Source: a bacterium HR15
GTDB taxonomy: Bacteria; Armatimonadota; Fimbriimonadia; Fimbriimonadales; GBS-DC
Direction of reading: 5' to 3'
Length of the DNA: 64,000 bases
Assembly: GCA_002898555.1 (NCBI GenBank)
Contig: BEHR01000007.1
Coordinates: forward strand, 23,459 to 87,458
In this document: positions 31,680 through 37,449 of the stretch, one piece after another
How positions within the stretch are numbered: position 1 is the first letter of the stretch
How the letters are laid out: every line of letters begins with the position of its first letter
Position numbers and translations under genes: made by a program
The notes under the pieces: model-generated
Databases searched by the model: none
Seen by the model: only the letters and a program-made list of their open reading frames with translations
What the model was told of the DNA's origin: nothing

Positions 31680-32618
31680 ATGATGAGAAGACAGGGCTTC
31701 ACTTTGATCGAGTTGCTGGTCGTGATTGCGATTATCGCCATCTTGGCGGCAATCTTATTCCCGGTGTTTGCCCGTGCACGCGACAGCGCTGTGCGTACCC
31801 AATGCTTGAATAATATCAAGCAGGTCGCTACCGGCGCGATTATGTATGTGCAGGACTACGACGAGAAGATGCCGTTAGCCATCAACATCCCCTATGGCAT
31901 CAACGAGCCTACCAACCCGAACGCAATGGGGCAGTACATTAACCTGTGGGTGCGCACTACTCCATGCTTCATCAACCCGCAAGGTACCGCCTGCTTGGCT
32001 TCAGGGACGGATGTGCGTCAACTACGCTACCTCCCCATTGGGCAGTATATCGGGAATGCCCCTGTTGCTCCAGCTACAGGTAACCCGCCACGCTATCCGC
32101 TCTACTTCCCGTCGCAGGTAGACCCCTACATCAAGGCAGGGGCGGGCGGTGTGCAGATGACCACCCGCAAGACTCGAACGCTGTGGGCATGCCCCGCCGA
32201 CTCCACTTCCGTCATCGGATACGGGAGCGAAAGCAGCCTGTTCGAACTGAGCGGACTGAACCACTTCCGCGTAATCGGACACGACTATATGTACAACACC
32301 TGGCTTATCTACACCTACACGGACCGCCTACGCGGAGGCAATCCTCAGCAGTGGACGCTGAATGTTCGCTCGATGGCAGGCGTCGCACGACCTGCCGAGA
32401 TTATCATCGTGTTCGACGCCTACGCCATGTGGCATGGGGAATCGCGTGCGCCCAACAACGGACCCATCCCCGATAACTGGAATGTGGCGTTTGTGGATGG
32501 GCATGCGAAGAACCTGCCACACGCCGTGTTCATGGATCAGTTCCCCGGTGTTGCGGGTGGCGGCGGCAACAAGCTGCGCCTGAACCAAGACCCCGGGGTG
32601 GACAACCCGAACACTTGA
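31680..32618 (+). CDS. prepilin-type N-terminal domain protein, DUF1559-like pseudopilin
   Basis: GAGGAGG lies 6 nt upstream. The N-terminus is [39 protein letters not shown]-terminal [11 protein letters not shown] motif is present. Confidence 0.85.
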   Translation: MMRRQGFTLIELLVVIAIIAILAAILFPVFARARDSAVRTQCLNNIKQVATGAIMYVQDYDEKMPLAINIPYGINEPTNPNAMGQYINLWVRTTPCFINPQGTACLASGTDVRQLRYLPIGQYIGNAPVAPATGNPPRYPLYFPSQVDPYIKAGAGGVQMTTRKTRTLWACPADSTSVIGYGSESSLFELSGLNHFRVIGHDYMYNTWLIYTYTDRLRGGNPQQWTLNVRSMAGVARPAEIIIVFDAYAMWHGESRAPNNGPIPDNWNVAFVDGHAKNLPHAVFMDQFPGVAGGGGNKLRLNQDPGVDNPNT

Positions 32619-32657
32619 GACCAACTGGGTGTCTAAGACCACTCTGGTCCTGTTGGC

Positions 32658-32698
32658 GAGGCGCCGACGCTCTCCGGAACCCGGACCGTCGGCGCCTC
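32658..32698 (+). terminator. GC-rich hairpin after the pseudopilin operon
   Basis: A perfect 12-bp stem (GAGGCGCCGACG / CGTCGGCGCCTC) encloses a second 5-bp stem (TCCGG aac CCGGA). The downstream T-run is weak. Confidence 0.5.
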
Positions 32699-32774
32699 CG
32701 CCATTTGGGAATGAAGGGAATGTCCCGCGAAAGCGAGAGTTTCGACCGATTTGCCGATAATTTAATCGGAGGCT

Positions 32775-34064
32775 GTGTCAGAACAGATTCTGCTGAAATC
32801 GGCGGGCACACCTTTAGAGGCGACGCATGTGCGGATGACCGACACCCGACGCGAGCCGCGGATGGACGCGCTTGCCAACGCTGGAGCGGCAGCGGTGGTG
32901 CAGCTCCCTTATCCGGGCGAACCCTTTGGCATCGCCTACCCCCTCCCTGTGCCCGACTTCGGATGCGTCTACCTCTGGGCGGATGGCAAGGGCTACACCG
33001 GTCGCGCGAAGGAACTGGTGCTGGAGCGCGAGCTGGCACATAGTCGCTATCAACGCAGCCTGGGGTTTATCCAGCATTATCAACGCAAGGGAGTGCCGCT
33101 TGCCGACGCGCAAGCGCGCCTCCACACGGCAAAACCCCAAGCAGACATGGAAAGTGTTCATCTCATGCAGAGTCTACGGGAGAGCTTGCTTGCAGGTGAG
33201 GACGCCGCACTTGCTGTCGCCCGCTTCCGCCTGGAGCGCATCGGCTGGCGCGAGGCGTTCCTCTGGGGCGTCGCGCTTACCAAGCCAGCAGCCCCCGTGT
33301 CATCCCTACATCCGCCTTTCAATCAGCTAAGCCTCTCGATGGCGCAGCAGCCACCTGAAGCGTGGGAATCCCTCGTGCAGCAGGCTCAACAAGAGCGTCT
33401 GCTGGTGCGAGGCGAATCGCTCATTAATGCCCAAACGATTCAGCAAGCGATGGAGCAGCCTGCCCCCGTGCTGGACAGCCTGATGAGCCACTTGCGCGAA
33501 GCATTAACGCTCTATCGTGGACGCATCCGCTATTGGGAGATTATTTCCGACCTGCCTCACAGCCTGCACCCGCTTGCGCATGAGCGCAAAGCGCTCCTGT
33601 CGCTGGTCGGCACCTTATGCGAAGCGGCAAGTGCCGTCGATTTCGGCATCGTGCGCCTGCTCGGTGTGAGCTATAGCCTGCACGCTCGTTGCGCCGCCTT
33701 CGACCTGCTGAATTACCTTGTGGAGAACGGCGTCCCCTTTGAAGGCGTCCACCTCCATCTGGATTGGCGCGATTTTGACCTGCTCGATTTGGATTGGGTG
33801 GTGGAACATTACGGTGATCTGGGCAAGCCCCTCCATGTGACCTTGCATCCGCCACCTGCCAATCCGGACGAGGCAGAGGGCTTTTTCTGGCATGCACCTG
33901 CCAACGCGGCAATCCAAGCCGAATGGCTACGATGCACCTTAACCCTTGCCATGAGCAAGCCCTTCATCGTGGGCGCACAAGTCGCGCTCGACGCAGTGGC
34001 CGATTCCACCATTCAGCATCTCCAGGAGCAGCGTCGAGTGTGGAAATCCTGCCCCACCCCTTGA
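32775..34064 (+). CDS. hypothetical protein (weak by-eye resemblance to a degenerate GH10-type TIM barrel)
   Basis: 429 aa with a GTG start. YRGRIRYWEIISD, NGVPFEGVHLHLDW and GKPLHVTLHPP resemble the GH10 blocks (WDVVNE, GIGxQxH, ITELD). The two catalytic Glu positions are not conserved. Confidence 0.3.
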   Translation: MSEQILLKSAGTPLEATHVRMTDTRREPRMDALANAGAAAVVQLPYPGEPFGIAYPLPVPDFGCVYLWADGKGYTGRAKELVLERELAHSRYQRSLGFIQHYQRKGVPLADAQARLHTAKPQADMESVHLMQSLRESLLAGEDAALAVARFRLERIGWREAFLWGVALTKPAAPVSSLHPPFNQLSLSMAQQPPEAWESLVQQAQQERLLVRGESLINAQTIQQAMEQPAPVLDSLMSHLREALTLYRGRIRYWEIISDLPHSLHPLAHERKALLSLVGTLCEAASAVDFGIVRLLGVSYSLHARCAAFDLLNYLVENGVPFEGVHLHLDWRDFDLLDLDWVVEHYGDLGKPLHVTLHPPPANPDEAEGFFWHAPANAAIQAEWLRCTLTLAMSKPFIVGAQVALDAVADSTIQHLQEQRRVWKSCPTP

Positions 34065-34089
34065 CAAGGGGCAATTTGCATGGTATACT
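34061..34089 (+). promoter_or_regulatory. near-consensus sigma70 promoter for infC-rpmI-rplT (TTGACA-17-TATACT)
   Basis: TTGACA lies at 34061..34066, followed by a 17-nt spacer and TATACT at 34084..34089. Confidence 0.6.
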
Positions 34090-34131
34090 ATCTCGCACGC
34101 AAAAAACCGAACAAGTGAGGGTGAGCCAGCT

Positions 34132-34806
34132 ATCCAGAGGGAACTGAGAGTCAACAATCGGATCCGCGCCAGAGAGGTGCGCGTGATTGACGAGAATGGG
34201 AAGCAGATCGGAGTGATGCACATTCGTCGCGCCCTGAAAATCGCGCAGGAACGCGGTCTCGACCTGGTGGAAGTCGCACCGAACGCGAATCCGCCTGTGT
34301 GCCGCATTCTGGACTACGGGCGCTATCGCTACGAGCAGGAGAAACTCGCCAAAGAGTCGAAGCGCAAGCATAAGCAGGCGGAGGTCAAAACCATTCGCCT
34401 GCGCCCCAACATAGGCGCACACGACATCGAAACCAAAGTGCGCAACGCACGCGAGTTCCTGCAGGATGGCGATAAGGTAAAATTCATCGTCATCTTCCGC
34501 AGCCGGGAGATCGGACGACCACAGATGGGTGAAACCCTGCTCAAAAAGGTCGCCGATGCCCTGCAGGAAGAGGGCACGATCGAGCGTCCACCATCGATGG
34601 ACGGGCGACAAATGGTGATGGTGCTGGCACCACGCAAGAAACCAGCTCACTCCGCCACTGCCCAAGCAGAAGGAGGCACACACCATGCCAAAAATGAAGA
34701 CGAGCAAGACAGCCGCCAAGCGATTCAAACGCACAGCGACGGGCAAACTGATGCACAAGAAAGCCGGGAACAGCCACCTGTTCCTGAGCAAATCACCCGC
34801 GCGTAA
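34132..34806 (+). CDS. infC: translation initiation factor IF-3, probable non-AUG (AUC) start
   Basis: The track ORF starts at GTG 34177 (RVIDENGKQIGVM...). The conserved IF-3 N-terminus continues in frame upstream (QRELRVNNRIRAREVRVID) with no ATG, GTG or TTG available. The ATC at 34132 lies 6-8 nt after GTGAGGGTGAG. The 3' end runs 122 nt into rpmI. Confidence 0.8.
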   Translation: MQRELRVNNRIRAREVRVIDENGKQIGVMHIRRALKIAQERGLDLVEVAPNANPPVCRILDYGRYRYEQEKLAKESKRKHKQAEVKTIRLRPNIGAHDIETKVRNAREFLQDGDKVKFIVIFRSREIGRPQMGETLLKKVADALQEEGTIERPPSMDGRQMVMVLAPRKKPAHSATAQAEGGTHHAKNEDEQDSRQAIQTHSDGQTDAQESREQPPVPEQITRA

Positions 34807-34882
34807 ACGCCGACTCGACCTCGAAGACGAACTCTTCAAGGGAGAGTACAGGCGCATCAACCGCTTGCTGGCAGGGCGATAG
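34685..34882 (+). CDS. rpmI: 50S ribosomal protein L35
   Basis: 65 aa: MPKMKTSKTAAKRFKRTATGKLMHKKAGNSHL..., preceded by GAAGGAGG. Confidence 0.95.
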   Translation: MPKMKTSKTAAKRFKRTATGKLMHKKAGNSHLFLSKSPARKRRLDLEDELFKGEYRRINRLLAGR

Positions 34883-34988
34883 CCCCATCGAGGACATGTA
34901 GAGACAGACCGGTGTGTCTGCCAAAATGGCGGACGAGTCGAACAACAAGAACCAACGATGCCCGATCCACTGAAGAAGGAGGACAACG

Positions 34989-35339
34989 ATGCGGGTCAAA
35001 GGTGGAACCGTTACCCGACGCCGACATAAAAAGATACTACGATTAGCCAAAGGCTATTACAGCGCGAAACGGAAGCTGTTCCGCAAGGCGCACGAGCAAG
35101 TGATGAAATCACTGCTTTATGCCTATCGTGATCGCCGTCAGCGCAAACGCGATTTCCGACGGCTCTGGATTACGCGCATTAGTGCCGCCTGCCGCGCGCA
35201 CGGTGTCCGCTATCACGAGTTCATTCACGCGCTGAGTGAGCAAGGCATTACCCTTAACCGCAAGATGCTTGCCGAGATGGCCGTCCGCGACCCCGACGCC
35301 TTCGCCATGCTGGTGCAAACTGTGGTCCGCTCATCCTGA
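34989..35339 (+). CDS. rplT: 50S ribosomal protein L20
   Basis: 116 aa: [34 protein letters not shown]..., preceded by GAAGGAGG. Confidence 0.95.
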   Translation: MRVKGGTVTRRRHKKILRLAKGYYSAKRKLFRKAHEQVMKSLLYAYRDRRQRKRDFRRLWITRISAACRAHGVRYHEFIHALSEQGITLNRKMLAEMAVRDPDAFAMLVQTVVRSS

Positions 35340-35346
35340 GCTTTTT

Positions 35347-36351
35347 ATGGAAACTGTCCAGCAACTTCTGGATCAAGCGCGAGCTGAGATTGAGCGATGT
35401 GGCTCCACTGCGGAACTGGATGCGGTGGAGCTGCGTTATCTCGGCAAGAAAGGTGCCATAGGGGCGTTGCTGCGCCAGATTGGCAGCCTGCCCCCTGAAC
35501 AGCGCCCCACCTTCGGGCAGGCGGTCAACCAAGCGCGAGAGCAAATCGAGCAATGGCTGGATACGCGACGCGCCCAGCTGGAACGCCTTGAGCTGGCGCA
35601 ACGCCTACAAGCGGAGCGCATCGATATCACCCTGCCCGGCATGCCCATTCGCCCCGCACGCCTGCATCCCCTCACGCTCACTATGCGACGAGTCAAAGCC
35701 GCATTAATCGGGCTGGGCTTCGAGTTCGTGGAAGGTCCCGAACTGGAACACTTCCGCTATAACTTCGGGGCACTCAACTATCCCGAAGACCATCCCGCGA
35801 TGGACGAGCAGAACTCGTTCCATGTAGGCGATGGCTGGCTGATGCGCACGCAAACCACCGCCATTCAGGGACGCATCTTCGAGCAGGTGCAAGCGGGCGA
35901 GCGAACCCTGCCCCTGCGTATCGCCATCATCGGACGATGCTTCCGCTATGAAAATGTGGACGCCACCCACTCGCATACCTTCCACCAAGTGGACGCCTTC
36001 ATGGTGGACGAAGGGGTCAGCATGGCACATCTGAAGGGCACGCTCACCCAGTTCGCCCGCATGATGTTCGGGCAGGAGGTGCACGTGCGCTTCCGCCCAG
36101 ACTACTTCCCCTTCGTGGAGCCGGGGGTGGACTTTGCTATCTCCTGGAAAGGTGGCTGGCTGGAGTTGGGTGGCGCAGGGCTGATTCATCCGAACATTCT
36201 GGAAAACTACGGCATCGATTCGGAGCGTTATTCGGGCTTCGCGTTCGGACTGGGCATCGAGCGCATCCCGATGCTCCAATACGGCATCGATGACCTGCGC
36301 CTGTTTCTGGAAAACGACCTCCGCTTCCTCACGCAATTCCCATTGCTTTAG
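35347..36351 (+). CDS. pheS: phenylalanine--tRNA ligase alpha subunit
   Basis: ORF 35236..36351. The ATG at 35347 (METVQQLLDQARAEI) lies just after the rplT stop. The class II aaRS motifs FRYENVDATHSHTFHQVD and GFAFGLGIERI are present. No pheT follows. Confidence 0.9.
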   Translation: METVQQLLDQARAEIERCGSTAELDAVELRYLGKKGAIGALLRQIGSLPPEQRPTFGQAVNQAREQIEQWLDTRRAQLERLELAQRLQAERIDITLPGMPIRPARLHPLTLTMRRVKAALIGLGFEFVEGPELEHFRYNFGALNYPEDHPAMDEQNSFHVGDGWLMRTQTTAIQGRIFEQVQAGERTLPLRIAIIGRCFRYENVDATHSHTFHQVDAFMVDEGVSMAHLKGTLTQFARMMFGQEVHVRFRPDYFPFVEPGVDFAISWKGGWLELGGAGLIHPNILENYGIDSERYSGFAFGLGIERIPMLQYGIDDLRLFLENDLRFLTQFPLL

Positions 36352-36359
36352 AAAGTGGG

Positions 36360-36365
36360 TATAAT
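36360..36365 (+). promoter_or_regulatory. -10 box TATAAT (gtgggTATAATtcc) downstream of pheS
   Basis: It has the same GGTATAAT form seen at several other gene starts in this window. Confidence 0.4.
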
Positions 36366-36371
36366 TCCGCT

Positions 36372-36627
36372 GACCAGTTGCTGCCCTGTGCCGCCTGGTC
36401 TAAACCAACCACAAAGGGGGTGATAGGTGATGAGTAACCGTCACCGTACTGTGGAGGGGATGGCATTTTAGCCACCCGTAGACGGGTTGGCGATGCCGAC
36501 CGACCCGTGGGGGCGGAAGGTTAGCGACGCCCGCTGCGGAGTGCGGCGATGAATGCATCCTCTCCTGATGATGGCGCCGGGTGTGAACCCGGCGCTCCCG
36601 AATCTTGCCAACCGGGGGACGAGAACA
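36372..36627 (+). other. long GC-rich structured leader or unassigned ncRNA
   Basis: About 255 nt lie between the TATAAT box and the ATG at 36628. Several stems are visible: GACCAG...CTGGTC near 36372..36400, GGGGATGGC-atttta-GCCACCC, CCCG-taga-CGGG, and a perfect 9-bp stem with GTGA tetraloop at 36574..36595. I could not assign it to a known RNA family by eye. Confidence 0.3.
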
Positions 36628-37449
36628 ATGGCAAAACAATGGCTTAGTCAGATTACGCATTGGTGGAATATCGCGAAGGAACTTTCGCCCAAACAGGTGG
36701 AGCGGGAGCTGCTGACACCGTTCCGAATCGCGCTGGTGGGTCAACCTGATCGGGTGGAAGCAGTATGGCGCGTGCTGACCAGTGGTGCCAGTCCGCAAAC
36801 CCAGCAAATCGCCGCCGAATATGTCAAACGCTTCACAGGACCACCGCAGGAAGAGTTCGATTTCGTTCTCGCATGCGACGCGCTGGAAGTGCCCCAAGAT
36901 GCCATCGAAGCGATTGTAGACCATTTCCAAAGGCATGAGTTCCCCCTGGTCGCGTTGGCGCGGATACTGCCTGGCACGCGCGAGATGGTGGTCAATCGCT
37001 TGATTGAGGATGTCGCCTCGCTCAACGCGGGTATCGCGATGCTTTCGGCAGTGCCTTCCGTGTTCCCGCTGCTGGGGCTGCTGGCGCCACCTGCTGCGCT
37101 TGCCGATATCATCGTGCTAACGAAGAACCAGTTGTTAATGGTGTTGCGCATGGCGGCTGCGTATGGCAAAGCGCCTGATTGGCGCAAGCGACTGCCCGAA
37201 TTAGCCAGCGTGCTGGGGGCAGCGTTTGGTTGGCGTGCCGTCGCGCGAGAGCTGGTCGGCTTCGTGCCCGGAGGCGTCGGCATGGTGGTCAAGGGCATGG
37301 TCGCCTATGCAGGCACGCTCACCGTCGGACGCGCCGCCGCATGGTACTATGCCACAGGCAGAACGCCCGGCAGAGCCGAACGCGAACGGCTCTATCAACA
37401 GGCGTGGGAAGAAGCACGCGAGAAAAGCCAGGAATGGAATAAGCCGTGA
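36628..37449 (+). CDS. DUF697-like membrane-associated protein
   Basis: ORF 36553..37449. I prefer the ATG at 36628 (MAKQWLSQITHWW), though 36553 is possible. The C-terminal half (NQLLMVLRMAAAYGK...GAAFGWRAVARELVGFVPGGVGMVVKGMVAYAGTLTVGRAA) resembles the YcjF/DUF697 family. Confidence 0.5.
   Translation: MAKQWLSQITHWWNIAKELSPKQVERELLTPFRIALVGQPDRVEAVWRVLTSGASPQTQQIAAEYVKRFTGPPQEEFDFVLACDALEVPQDAIEAIVDHFQRHEFPLVALARILPGTREMVVNRLIEDVASLNAGIAMLSAVPSVFPLLGLLAPPAALADIIVLTKNQLLMVLRMAAAYGKAPDWRKRLPELASVLGAAFGWRAVARELVGFVPGGVGMVVKGMVAYAGTLTVGRAAAWYYATGRTPGRAERERLYQQAWEEAREKSQEWNKP

Noticed and set aside
26411-31768. Four spaced copies of a 75-115-nt near-identical sequence, considered as a possible CRISPR-like or other repeat array
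   Set aside because: The copies are the conserved 5' coding ends of four prepilin-type genes. Spacing is about 1-3 kb, and the intervening sequence is protein-coding. They are not a repeat-spacer array.
33964-34986. 340-aa reverse-strand ORF across infC-rpmI
   Set aside because: It is antisense to two universally conserved genes and to their promoter. It is a shadow ORF.
36372-36627. Tested by eye as RNase P RNA, SRP RNA, tmRNA, a fluoride (crcB) riboswitch or a cobalamin riboswitch
   Set aside because: The conserved cores I can recall are not present. These are the GGAAAGTCC-type P4 region, the SRP GGAA/AGCA symmetric loop and a tmRNA tag ORF with CCA end. Also absent are the crcB GGCGATG..CTAATGA arrangement and the B12 box GCCACTG. 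I keep it only as an unassigned structured region.
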